Source: Dehalococcoidia bacterium (GTDB lineage Bacteria > Chloroflexota > Dehalococcoidia > Tepidiformales > Tepidiformaceae). Taken from it: a stretch of 64,000 nucleotides of DNA. Shown in pieces: positions 17,268 to 26,414 of the stretch (the first letter of the stretch is position 1; the number at the start of each line of letters is the position of its first letter). A program made the translations under genes and the position numbers. The notes beneath the pieces are model-generated. The model saw nothing but the letters and a program-made list of their open reading frames with translations, ran no database searches and was not told the origin of the DNA. The stretch lies in assembly GCA_020850615.1 (NCBI GenBank), contig JADZEI010000066.1, positions 1,943 to 65,942 on the forward strand, read 5' to 3'.

Positions 17268-17792
17268 CTACCACCGCTCCCGGTGGACGTACTCCTCGAG
17301 CGGGCGGCGGGGGCGGTTCGGGCGGACCGCGTCCGTGCCGGCGGGGTAGCCGAAGGCGATCGTGTTCGCGACGGTGTAGCCCTCGGGCAGGCCGAGCACC
17401 TTCGCCGCCTCGGCCGCGTGGTGCATCGAAGCGGGGCACGAGGCGATGCCCTCCGCCCAGGCCGCGATCATCATGTTCTGCGCGGCCCGGCCGGCATCGA
17501 ACGGCCCGCGGAAATGCGTCAGCGGCGCGCCGACCACGCCCATCTCCGGTTCGAGCACGAGCGCGACCACGACCGCGGCGGTGGGCAGGTGCGGTGTGAA
17601 CCCGCCACAGCGCGCGAGCGCCTCCTTCTGCGCCTGGCTTTCGATGACCACGAAGCGCACGGGTTCGAGCGCCTTCGCGCTGCCGGCCATCCGCCCGGCC
17701 TGGACGATGCGGTGGAGCGTCTCCTCGGGGATGGGCCGCGCTTCGAACGCGCGCGTGTCGCGCTTGCCGAGGATCGCTTCGTACGGGGTCAT
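17268..17792 (-). CDS. nitroreductase family protein
   Basis: 174-aa ORF. RDTRAFEARPIPEETLHRIVQAG… and AAQNMMIAAWAEGI are typical of the NADH oxidase/nitroreductase fold. Confidence 0.8.
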   Translation of the reverse strand: MTPYEAILGKRDTRAFEARPIPEETLHRIVQAGRMAGSAKALEPVRFVVIESQAQKEALARCGGFTPHLPTAAVVVALVLEPEMGVVGAPLTHFRGPFDAGRAAQNMMIAAWAEGIASCPASMHHAAEAAKVLGLPEGYTVANTIAFGYPAGTDAVRPNRPRRPLEEYVHRERW

Positions 17793-17793
17793 G

Positions 17794-18219
17794 TCAGCCC
17801 TCCGCCGGCATCAGCGCGTCGAGGAGCTCGCCCTTCGAGGTGCCGAGCGCGCTGAAGAACATCGGGCTCACCTCGCCCGATTCGATGATGCCCGCCGCGA
17901 GCAGCCGCGCGTCGATCCGCCTGCCGCCGGCCTGGCGCACGGCGTAGGCGGTGGCGTTGATCGCCTCGCGCGCGGCCGAACCGAACATCACCTGGGTCTC
18001 GAGCGGCTCGTCGCTGCCGCCCTGGGCCAGCATGAGCGCGCCTTCGAGCGCCTCCCGCGACGGGATGGCGGGATACCGGGCGGTGCCCAGCACCAAGAGC
18101 GCCCCCGCGAGCACATGCTCGGCGGCGACGATCGCCACGTTCGCGCGCCCGCAGAAGCGCTGTGCCTCCTGCAACGCCAGCGCGCCGTCTTCGGTCAGTG
18201 ACATCTCGTCTTCGGCCAT
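17794..18219 (-). CDS. Clp R (Clp_N) domain protein
   Basis: ATG 18219 inside ORF 17794..18543. Two Clp_N-like repeats (…EAQRFCGRANVAIVAAEHVLAGALL… / …AINATAYAVRQAGGRRIDARLLAAGII…). Its stop abuts the nitroreductase start. Confidence 0.6.
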   Translation of the reverse strand: MAEDEMSLTEDGALALQEAQRFCGRANVAIVAAEHVLAGALLVLGTARYPAIPSREALEGALMLAQGGSDEPLETQVMFGSAAREAINATAYAVRQAGGRRIDARLLAAGIIESGEVSPMFFSALGTSKGELLDALMPAEG

Positions 18220-18267
18220 GGCCGCCCAGTTTGCCCCGCCGGCCAGACCTCCGCCACCGGCGCCTTC

Positions 18268-18302
18268 AATCGGCAATCGAAAATCGGCAATCGGCAATTC
18301 GC
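18268..18302. repeat. tandem heptamer array (5 units, AATCGGC type)
   Basis: AATCGGC AATCGAA AATCGGC AATCGGC AATTCGC, between divergent genes and ~40 nt upstream of the ADH start. Confidence 0.8.
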
Positions 18303-18343
18303 CGGGTGTATACTCCCGCGGTTTCCGAAGGAGGGACAGGGAC

Positions 18344-19449
18344 ATGAAGATGCAGGCCGCCGTCTTCCACGGCGCACACCAGCCACTCACGGTCGAGACC
18401 ATCGACGTCGACGAGCCCGGCCCGAACGAGGTCCTCGTGCGGACCATGGCGAGCGGCGTCTGCCACAGCGACCTCCACTTCGTCGACGGGCTGTACGCGA
18501 TGCAGCCGCCCGCGATCCTCGGCCACGAAGCCGCGGGCATCATCGAGAAGGTGGGCAGCTCGGTCAGCTACGTGAAGCCCGGCGACCACGTCATCTGCTG
18601 CCTCTCCGTCTTCTGCGGCAAGTGTTCTGCGGCAAGTGCGAACGCTGCCTCAGCGGCGAACCGTTCCTCTGCCGCAGCCCCGAAGTGCGCCGCGGCCCGG
18701 AAGACCCGCCGAAGTACACCTGGAACGGCGACCCCGTCGCCCAGTTCGCGAACCTCTCGAGCTACGCCGAGTACATGCTCGTCCACGAAAACGCCGTCGT
18801 CCGCATCTCCGACAGCGTGCCGTTCGAAGTGGCCGCGCTGATCGGCTGCGGCGTCACCACCGGCGTCGGCGCCGCGCTCAACACCGCCCAGGTCACGCCC
18901 GGCTCCACGGTCGCGGTCTGGGGCGCGGGCGGCGTGGGGCTCGCCGCGATCCAGGGCGCCCGGATCGCCGGCGCGCGCATGGTCATCGCCGTCGATGTCG
19001 TCGAGTCGAAGCTCGGCAAGGCGCGGGAGCTCGGCGCGACCCACTCCGTCGATGCCAGCAGCGGCGACCCGGTGGCGAAGATCCGGGACATGACCGGCGG
19101 GCTCGGCGTGGACTTCGCGTTCGAATGCATCGGGCTCAAGGTCGCGGCCGAGCAGGGCTTCGAGGCGATCCGCGAAGGCGGCACCGTAACCGTCGTGGGG
19201 ATGATCCCGCAGGGTCAGAAGCTCGAGCTGGACGGGCCGTCGTTCCTGCGCGCGAAGAAGATCCAGGGCTGCACGATGGGCTCGAACCGCTTCCGCGTGC
19301 ACATGCCGCAATACGTCGAGCTCTACATGCAGGGCCGCCTCAAGCTCGACGAGATGGTCAGCCGCACCGGCCGCCTCGGCGACGTGAACGAAGCCTTCCG
19401 CGCGATGAAAGCCGGCGAAGTCGCGCGCACGGTCCTCAAGTTCGACTGA
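18344..19449 (+). pseudogene. Zn-dependent alcohol dehydrogenase (MDR family) disrupted by a 14-bp tandem duplication
   Basis: ATG 18344 after GAAGGAGGGA. GHEAAGIIEKVG, then reading frame lost at TTCTGCGGCAAGTG|TTCTGCGGCAAGTG (18611-18624 / 18625-18638). Removing one copy restores CLSVFCGKCERCLSGEPFLC (structural Zn site) in frame with ORF 18622..19449 (GAGGVGLAAIQGA Rossmann). Confidence 0.85.
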
Positions 19450-19776
19450 GGGGCCGCCGGCAGCGCGAGGCGAAGCCGTAGCCGCGGAGCAATGCTCCGC
19501 GGGATTTCCGTGCCATGCCGCGCGGCAGCGTGCGAGGCACCCTCACCGCAACCCGGCGACCCGGCGGCTGCGTCAGCGCGCGACACCGCCCCACCGGGTG
19601 TAGCCGGCGCCCCTTGTGGGCGCGAGCGTCAGCCCAACGGATGCACCACCGCCAGGCACTGCCCGAACCCGGTGACACCGTCGCCACGCCAGCGGCAGGC
19701 GGAATGTCGCGAGCTGCCGCGCGGCCTGATCCTGGGGGTCGCGGAGCCAATGCTCCGCGACTACGCCTGCGGCGCC
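19450..19776. repeat. intergenic REP cluster
   Basis: B forward 19478-19529, A2 forward 19600-19644, B reverse 19713-19776. The last one overlaps the 3' end of Uma2 copy 1. Confidence 0.85.
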
Positions 19777-20384
19777 ACCGCGCGGAGGTCGCCGCGGAGC
19801 ATCGCGGCGACGTCGAGCCGGAGGCCGGGGAAGACCTCGCTGGCGATGACGCCCTCGGCGTCGGGGCGGAGCGCTTCATAGATGCCGTCGCGGAGGCGGA
19901 ACCAGTCGATCACCTCGTCGAAGACGCGCCAGGCGATGTACTCCTGGACGCCGCTGCGCCGGTAGACGTTCTTCTTCACGTGGAGGTCGTAGGACACCGA
20001 GCTCGCCGCGATTTCGACCACCAGCTCCGGCGAGCCGGCGAGCATGCGGTCATCATCGACCGCGCTCAGGCGCGAATCGACCGCTCGCAGCGCGAGGTCC
20101 GGCCGCGGCTCGTTGTCCGCGTCCAGCCGCAGGGTCGTCTCGGGCAGGAGCTCCACCCGGTCGGGGTGGTGGCCCACATAGGCACCGAGCCAGACGCTCA
20201 TCCGGCCGTGGGGGATGGAGTGATCGACGCTGACAGGTGAGGCCACGTAGACGATGCCCTCCACGAGCTCGCATTTGCGCGGGTCGCCCTCGTAGCGCCG
20301 CTCGAACTCCGCGCGCGTCATCCGGTCGCCGCTTTGGAGCGGCGGCGTGCGTGGCAGGGCAAGGCTCTGTGGCTCCGCGACCAT
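19761..20384 (-). CDS. Uma2-family (DUF820) putative endonuclease, copy 1 of tandem pair
   Basis: 207-aa ORF. [12 protein letters not shown]…PDLAL…[32 protein letters not shown] has the PD-(D/E)xK-like Uma2 pattern. The last 5 codons plus stop lie in a REP element. Confidence 0.85.
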   Translation of the reverse strand: [207 protein letters not shown]

Positions 20385-20405
20385 GCCCCCAGTGTACCGG
20401 ATGGC

Positions 20406-21032
20406 CTACCCCGTGATGCGCGCGAGCACCGCGCGGAGGTCGCCGCGGAGCATCGCGGCGACGTCGAGCCGGAGGCCGGGGAAGACCTCGCTGGCGATGA
20501 CGCCCTCGGCGTCGGGGCGGAGCTCTTCGTAGACGCCGTCGCGGAGCCGGAACCAGTCGATCACCTCGTCGAAGACGCGCCAGGCGATGTACTCCTGGAC
20601 GCCGCTGCGCCGGTAGACGTTCTTCTTCACGTGGAGGTCGTACGACACGGAGCTCGCTGCGATTTCGACGACCAGCTCCGGCGGGCCGGACGGGATGCCA
20701 TCGATGCCGACGACGCTCGACCCGGTGATGCGCCGGAGGGCGATGTCGGGCTGCGGTTCGTTGTCGCCGTCGAGGCGGAAGGTCGTGTTGTCGGCGACTT
20801 CGACCACATCCCGGTGGAGGTCGGCGTACACGGCGAGCCAGGCGACCATCCGGGCATGCGGCGTGCCGTGGTTCAAACTGACAGGTGAGGCCACGTAGAC
20901 GATGCCCTCCACGAGCTCGCATTTGCGCGGGTCGCCCTCGTAGCGCCGCTCGAACTCCGCGCGCGTCATCCGGTCGCCGCTTTGCAGCGGCGGCGTGCGT
21001 GGCAGGGCAAGGCTCTGTGGCTCCGCGACCAT
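20406..21032 (-). CDS. Uma2-family (DUF820) putative endonuclease, copy 2 of tandem pair
   Basis: ATG 21032 inside ORF 20406..21098. The N-terminal ~45 codons and the C-terminal ~90 codons are nearly identical at nucleotide level to copy 1, while the central third has diverged. Confidence 0.85.
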   Translation of the reverse strand: [208 protein letters not shown]

Positions 21033-21039
21033 GTCCCCA

Positions 21040-21369
21040 GTGTACCGGATGGCGGAAGGCCGGGGACGCGATTCTGGCTGCCGCGCAGCGCCGGGCATCA
21101 GTGGCGCGACCGGCCGAGGGAGCGCTCTGCCGTACCCCTGGCACCACGCCCCGCGCCAGCGCGCGACACTCTCACCCCCGCGGCCGGGCCGTCGCTACGC
21201 TCCTGCCCTCGGCCGTCCGGCTGCCGCGGGGCATCCGTTGGGCTGACGCCAGCGCCCACGAGGGGCGCGGCTACGGCTTCGCCGCCGGCTACCGCGAGGC
21301 ATGATCCCTGGGGCCGCGGAGCCGATGCTCCGCGACTACGGCTTCGCCCACTGGACGCGCAGCCGCTCG
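21040..21369. repeat. intergenic REP cluster
   Basis: A2 long-form tail (CATCAGTGGCGCGACCGGCCGAGGGAGCGCTC, ~21095-21130). A1 reverse 21231-21274 with extension. B reverse 21288-21347. Confidence 0.8.
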
Positions 21370-22212
21370 CTAGTGCAGCCGCAGCCCCGGGACCGGCCAC
21401 TCCATTCGCAGCACCTGGCCCGCCTCGGAGGAGGTGATGAAGAGCGTGCGGTGGTCCGGGCCGCCGAAGCAGCTGTTCGTCACGCCGTGGTCCGGGAGCT
21501 CGATGACCTCGATCGGGCGGCCGTCGGCCATGTCGAGCACGAACAGGTTGTTCGTCTGGAAGCCGGCCACGATCATCCGGCCGGCCGAATCGACACTGAA
21601 CCCGTCGGGAATGGAGCGGCGGCCGATGTTCCCGTTCGGACGCGGCCCGGAGAGCTTGCCCGGCCCTTCGATCTTGTAGGACAGCAGCATGCCGGTGTTC
21701 GATTCGCACACCACCAGGAAGCGCCCGTCGGGACTGATGCCGATGCCGTTCGGGAACAGGATCCCGGTCGCCGCTCGGACGGCCGTGCCATCGGGCGCGC
21801 GGTAGCAGATGCTGCCGGGCTTGCCGAAGCCGTCCGGGTTCGTGAACCAGAACCCGCCGTCCGCATCGAACACGCAGTCGTTCGGCGCATCCAGCGGCAC
21901 GCCCTCGACCTCGGCGATGAACGTCTCGACCGTGCCGTCGGGGAGGACGCGCTGGACGCGGCCGGGCTCGGGCTCGCGCGTGCTGCCGGGCACGACGGTG
22001 CCGCCGTTGTTGCACACGTAGACGCTGCCATCGGGCGCGAGCGCGGCGCCGTTCGGGCCGCCGCCGGTGTCCGCGAAGAGCTCCGTCGTGCCGTCCATGG
22101 CGATCTTCCTGAGCCGGCCGCCGTTGATCTCGGTCACCACCAGCTCGCCCTTCGCGGTGATGAACGGCCCCTCGGGGAATTCGAGCCCCGTCGCCAGCAC
22201 TTCCACCTTCAT
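21370..22212 (-). CDS. SMP-30/gluconolactonase/LRE-family beta-propeller protein
   Basis: ATG 22212 inside ORF 21370..22818. LEFPEGP…PNGAALAPDG…PNDCVFDADGGFWFT…FPNGIGISPDG…IPDGFSVDSAG propeller blades. Confidence 0.85.
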   Translation of the reverse strand: MKVEVLATGLEFPEGPFITAKGELVVTEINGGRLRKIAMDGTTELFADTGGGPNGAALAPDGSVYVCNNGGTVVPGSTREPEPGRVQRVLPDGTVETFIAEVEGVPLDAPNDCVFDADGGFWFTNPDGFGKPGSICYRAPDGTAVRAATGILFPNGIGISPDGRFLVVCESNTGMLLSYKIEGPGKLSGPRPNGNIGRRSIPDGFSVDSAGRMIVAGFQTNNLFVLDMADGRPIEVIELPDHGVTNSCFGGPDHRTLFITSSEAGQVLRMEWPVPGLRLH

Positions 22213-22377
22213 GTCGCGCCTCCGAACCCGGTATGGGGCGGAGTATAGGCATGCCGGCGCTGTAGGCTCCCGCCCGGCGGAACCCGCGCGGCATAACCGG
22301 TAACGGCCCGGTCGGCTAAGGTGGATGTTCGACCCGACGGCAGCCAGCCGCCGGGATCTCCTCCAAGGACATCTCCC

Positions 22378-23766
22378 GTGCCCGCACCCGACCTCGATAC
22401 CATCGTCTCGCTCGCCAAGCGCCGCGGCTTCGTGTACCCCTCCGCCGAAATCTACGGCGGCTTCGCCAACACGTACGACTACGGCCCGCTCGGCGTCGAG
22501 CTCAAGCGGAACATCCGCGACGCGTGGTGGCGCTCCATGACGCGCGAGCGCGACGACATCGTCGGTATCGATGCGGCCCTGATTTCGAACCCGAAGGTCT
22601 GGGTCGCCTCCGGGCACGTCGCGACCTTCAACGACCCGCTGGTCGATTGCAAGAAGTGCCACCAGCGCTTCCGCCTGGACCACATCGAAGAGGGCCAGTA
22701 TGGGCCGGCGCAGCGCGACGCGGCCGGCAACCTGCTCTGCCCGAACGACCAGGGCGAGCTCACCGAACCGCGCCTCTTCAACCTGATGTTCAAGACGCAG
22801 GTGGGCCCCGTGGCGCACGAAGACGCGACCGCCTACCTCCCGCCCGAGACGGCGCAGGGCATCTTCATCAACTTCGAAAACGTGCTCACTTCCACACGGC
22901 GGAAGCTGCCGTTCGGCATCGCCCAGACACGCGTGAGCTTCCGCAACGAGATCACGCCCGGCCGCTTCATCTTCCGCACGCTCGAATTCGAGCAGATGGA
23001 GATGGAGTACTTCGTCATGCCGCCGAAGGACCGCGAAAACCCGGCCGAATACCTCGCGCTCTACGAGGAGTGGGTGCAGGAACGGTTGAACTGGTACATC
23101 AATACCGTCGGCATCTCACCCGAGCGGCTGCGCATCCGCCCGCACGACCCGGCCGAGCTCTCGCACTACTCGGTCGGCACGAGCGACGTGGAGTACCTCT
23201 TCCCGTGGGGCTGGGGCGAGCTCGAAGGCATCGCCTGCCGGACGGACTTCGACCTGACCCAGCACGGCCAGCTCAGCGGCCACCCGATCACCTACTTCGA
23301 CGAAGAGACGAACACGCACGTCGTCCCCTGGGTTATCGAGCCCGCGGCCGGGCTGAACCGGACGCTCGCGGTGACGCTGCTCGAGGCCTACACCGAGGAG
23401 CCGGACGAGAAGGGTGACAAGCGCATCGTCCTCAAGTTCAAGCCGAACATCGCGCCGGTGAAGGTGGCGGTGCTGCCGCTTTCGAAGAACGAGAAGCTGC
23501 GCCCGGCCGCGCGCCGCGTGTACGACCTGCTCCGCCCGAGCTGGATGACCCAGTACGACGAGACGCAGTCGATCGGCCGCCGCTACCGCCGCCAGGACGA
23601 AATCGGCACGCCGCTCTGCGTCACGGTCGACTTCCAGACGGTGGGCGAAGACGGCCAGCCCGGCGACGACGCGGTCACGATCCGGGAGCGCGATTCCCAG
23701 GAGCAAACCCGCGTCCCCATCGCGAACCTGCTCCAGGCCCTCCGCGACAAGCTGCCGGGCTGTTAG
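22378..23766 (+). CDS. glyQS: glycine--tRNA ligase (class II, homodimeric GlyQS type)
   Basis: LAKRRGFVYPSAEIYGGFANTYDYGPLGVELKRNI…; class II motifs; anticodon-binding C-terminus. Start taken at GTG 22378; the ORF opens at GTG 22321, which is an alternative. Confidence 0.9.
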   Translation: MPAPDLDTIVSLAKRRGFVYPSAEIYGGFANTYDYGPLGVELKRNIRDAWWRSMTRERDDIVGIDAALISNPKVWVASGHVATFNDPLVDCKKCHQRFRLDHIEEGQYGPAQRDAAGNLLCPNDQGELTEPRLFNLMFKTQVGPVAHEDATAYLPPETAQGIFINFENVLTSTRRKLPFGIAQTRVSFRNEITPGRFIFRTLEFEQMEMEYFVMPPKDRENPAEYLALYEEWVQERLNWYINTVGISPERLRIRPHDPAELSHYSVGTSDVEYLFPWGWGELEGIACRTDFDLTQHGQLSGHPITYFDEETNTHVVPWVIEPAAGLNRTLAVTLLEAYTEEPDEKGDKRIVLKFKPNIAPVKVAVLPLSKNEKLRPAARRVYDLLRPSWMTQYDETQSIGRRYRRQDEIGTPLCVTVDFQTVGEDGQPGDDAVTIRERDSQEQTRVPIANLLQALRDKLPGC

Positions 23767-24201
23767 GGCCGGCGCCGCCGGAGGCGTAGTCGCGGAGCAC
23801 TGCTCCGCGGGATTGTCCGTGGCATGCCGCGCGGCAGCCCGCAACCATCGGATCGCGAACGCCGCACGTTGGCCCTCATCCCCCAACCCCTTCTCCCCTG
23901 CGGGGGAGAAGGGGAGCTCACGCGCTGACGCGGGGCACGGTGTCAGGGGTGCGTTGCCGGATGGATTGGACAATCGGTGCACCCCTCTCCCGCCGCAGCG
24001 GGAGAGGGGACGGGGGTGAGGGCTCGCGCGCTCCCCCGGACGCCCCTCGCCGGGGCGGGCCGCCACCTGCGATGCGACATCCGTCCGGCTTAGACGCGCC
24101 GCCGAGGCTGGGCTCGGCGGACTACCGCTGCGCGGCCCGAGGGGGCGAAGCCTCGCCCCCTCGCCGCGGACGTGCACTCTACGCCTCTACGCCTTCGCTC
24201 C
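23767..24201. repeat. intergenic REP cluster
   Basis: B forward 23786-23839. C hairpin 23872-23918 and inverted C hairpin 23982-24022. A3 reverse 24076-24125. Octamer module 24175-24201 abuts the nitroreductase stop. Confidence 0.85.
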
Positions 24202-24863
24202 TACCACTGCTCCCAGCGGACGACCTTCTCCAGCGGCAGGCGGTTCGCGGGCTTGAAGTCTTCGCCGGTGAAGTAGGCGACCGGGAAGAGCGCGGCCTGG
24301 GTGACGTGCGCCGGGATGCCGAGCAACTCCGCGATCTCTTTCTCGTTGTTCATATGCAGCGTCGTCCAGGCCGTGCCCAGCCCGCGCGAGCGCAGCGCCA
24401 GCATGAGCGACCACGCGGCGGGCAGGATCGAGCCCCAGAGCCCGGCCTGCTGGCCCGCGTTCAGCCCCTCCGGCCGCCCCATGATGCAGGGGATGATGTA
24501 GGCCGGCGCTTCGTGCATGTGCTCGGCCAGGTGCGTCGCCGAATCGCGGACGCGGTCCATCTGCGCCGCCCGCGGGTCCCCGGCGGGGTATTCCACCGGC
24601 GTGCGGCCACCGCCGTAGGCCTGTTCGAAGTTCGCCTTGTAGTAGTCGCGGATCGCCTTCTTCTTCGCCGGGTCGGTCACCACGAGGAAGCGCCACCCCT
24701 GCGCGTTCGAACCCGAGGGCGCCTGGAGCGCGATTTCGAGGCACTCCTCGATCACCTCGCGCGGCCCCGGCCGGGAGAAGTCGAGGCGCTTGCGCACCGA
24801 GCGCGTCGTGGTCATGTAGTGGTCGAAGGCGGCGAGGCCGTCCATGGGCATACTCCTTGGCAA
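24201..24863 (-). CDS. nitroreductase family protein
   Basis: 220-aa ORF. TTRSVRKRLDFSRPGPREVIEECLEIALQAPSGSNAQGWRFLVV and LGTAWTTLH are typical of the nitroreductase fold. Confidence 0.8.
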   Translation of the reverse strand: MPRSMPMDGLAAFDHYMTTTRSVRKRLDFSRPGPREVIEECLEIALQAPSGSNAQGWRFLVVTDPAKKKAIRDYYKANFEQAYGGGRTPVEYPAGDPRAAQMDRVRDSATHLAEHMHEAPAYIIPCIMGRPEGLNAGQQAGLWGSILPAAWSLMLALRSRGLGTAWTTLHMNNEKEIAELLGIPAHVTQAALFPVAYFTGEDFKPANRLPLEKVVRWEQW

Positions 24864-24899
24864 CGTGTGCGCGGAGTATGGACGCCCGCGGCCCGGCTG

Positions 24900-25370
24900 T
24901 CAGGCTGCCCGCGCCGTGCCGCCCTCGCCATACGAAACCCAGCGCACCATCTCGGCGGCCTGGGCGCAGCGCAGCTGGAGCAGCTCGACATCGGCCGCTT
25001 CCCGGTCGTCGCGCGGGTTCATGCGGGAGATGAGCTTCCGGAGCATGTCGAGCACTTCGCAGGCGCGTTCCGTCACCGGGTCGCGCCCCGAAAGGTCGCG
25101 GACCGAGACGCCGCCGATGGTGTGGAGCATCGTCAGGTGCGCGAGCGCATCGATCGCAGCCGCCTCGATCCGGCGGTAGAGCCGCCGCTGTTCGAGCGGG
25201 CGGCGGCTGGTGATGGCGACCGCGCCATGGTAGAGCTCCTCGCCAATGGCCATGAGCCGGCCGGCAGCATCCGGCATAGGAAACACGCCCACGAGCAATC
25301 CCTCCGCTTCCGTGACTGCAATATCGACGGTATCGGCCACGGAAAACAGGGAATCGCCCGAAGAAGGCAC
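24900..25370 (-). CDS. hypothetical protein
   Basis: 156-aa ORF with coding-like third-position GC, upstream of and co-directional with the nitroreductase. No recognisable motif. Confidence 0.45.
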   Translation of the reverse strand: MPSSGDSLFSVADTVDIAVTEAEGLLVGVFPMPDAAGRLMAIGEELYHGAVAITSRRPLEQRRLYRRIEAAAIDALAHLTMLHTIGGVSVRDLSGRDPVTERACEVLDMLRKLISRMNPRDDREAADVELLQLRCAQAAEMVRWVSYGEGGTARAA

Positions 25371-25439
25371 GCCTTCACGCCTCCCGCAACCTCACGGATC
25401 CCTTGCGATCACTGCGCGCGGAGCGCCCCGTCCGATACG

Positions 25440-26414
25440 ATGGCTCCGATGTCTCGAATCGTTGTCGCCGCCGACTTTGGCGGTACGAACCTGCGTTCCG
25501 CCCTCGTCGACGCCAACGGCGAAATCGTCGACCGCCTGGATGTGCGGACACCGGCCTCGGCCGCGCCGGCGGTCATCCTCTCCGATATCGTGAAGCTCTT
25601 CCGGGCGATCAGCGCGCGGTCGCCCGTGCCGCCGGTCGGCGCGGCGCTCGGCGTGCCAGGGCTCATCGATGCCGACGCGGGCAAGGTGATCATCGCGCCA
25701 AATGTGGCCGGGTTTCGCAACCTGGTCCTCACCGAGCCGATCGCGGCGGAGCTCGGCATCCCCGTGTTCATCGAAAACGACGCAAGCGCGGCCGCCCTCG
25801 GCGAGCACCGCTTCGGCGCAGGCCGTGGCACCCGCAACCTGCTCCACGCCACGCTCGGCACGGGCATCGGGGGCGGCATCGTCGTCGAAGGGCGGCTCTA
25901 CCGCGGCGCGAAGGGGCTCGCCGGCGAAATCGGGCACATCATCATCGACCCGGCCGGCCCGCGCTGTAACTGCGGCTCGCGCGGGTGCCTCGAATCCATG
26001 GTCAGTGGCGTCGCCTTTGCCGAACGCGCCCGCCGGATCATCGCCTCCGGGGCCTCGCCGGTGCTGCTCGAAATCGTCGGATACCGCGAACCGACGGCGG
26101 CGGACCTCCACGCCGCGGCGAAGGCGGGCGATCGCCAGTGCGAGGCGGAGATCCGGCACGGCGGCCACCTCCTCGGTCTCGGCCTGGGCAGCCTGGTGAA
26201 CGTGCTCAACCCCGAGGCGATCACCCTCAGCGGCGGCCTCCTCGCGATGGGCGACATGCTCCTCGCGCCGATGAAGGAGTCGATGTTCTCGATCGCCTAC
26301 GGCCCCGCCTCCGGGACGCTCGTGCGGCTCAGCACGCTCGGCGACGAAGCCGGCCTCCTCGGCGCCGCTGCCGTCGCATTCGAACGCGTGGAAAGCGTGG
26401 CGCCGCAGGCGTAG
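25440..26414 (+). CDS. ROK-family sugar kinase (glucokinase-like)
   Basis: ATG 25440 (or 25449) in ORF 23940..26414. ADFGGTNLR, ENDASAAALGE, LGTGIGGGIV, GEIGH, and the Zn motif CNCGSRGCLE. The last codons APQA plus TAG are supplied by a REP element. Confidence 0.9.
   Translation: MAPMSRIVVAADFGGTNLRSALVDANGEIVDRLDVRTPASAAPAVILSDIVKLFRAISARSPVPPVGAALGVPGLIDADAGKVIIAPNVAGFRNLVLTEPIAAELGIPVFIENDASAAALGEHRFGAGRGTRNLLHATLGTGIGGGIVVEGRLYRGAKGLAGEIGHIIIDPAGPRCNCGSRGCLESMVSGVAFAERARRIIASGASPVLLEIVGYREPTAADLHAAAKAGDRQCEAEIRHGGHLLGLGLGSLVNVLNPEAITLSGGLLAMGDMLLAPMKESMFSIAYGPASGTLVRLSTLGDEAGLLGAAAVAFERVESVAPQA

Noticed and set aside
22321-22377. Upstream GTG 22321 as the glyQS start
   Set aside because: The extra 19 residues (MDVRPDGSQPPGSPPRTSP) are Pro-rich and are not part of the conserved GlyRS N-terminus, which normally begins just before …LAKRRGF. 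GTG 22378 has an AAGGA about 9 nt upstream. This is not excluded, only less likely.
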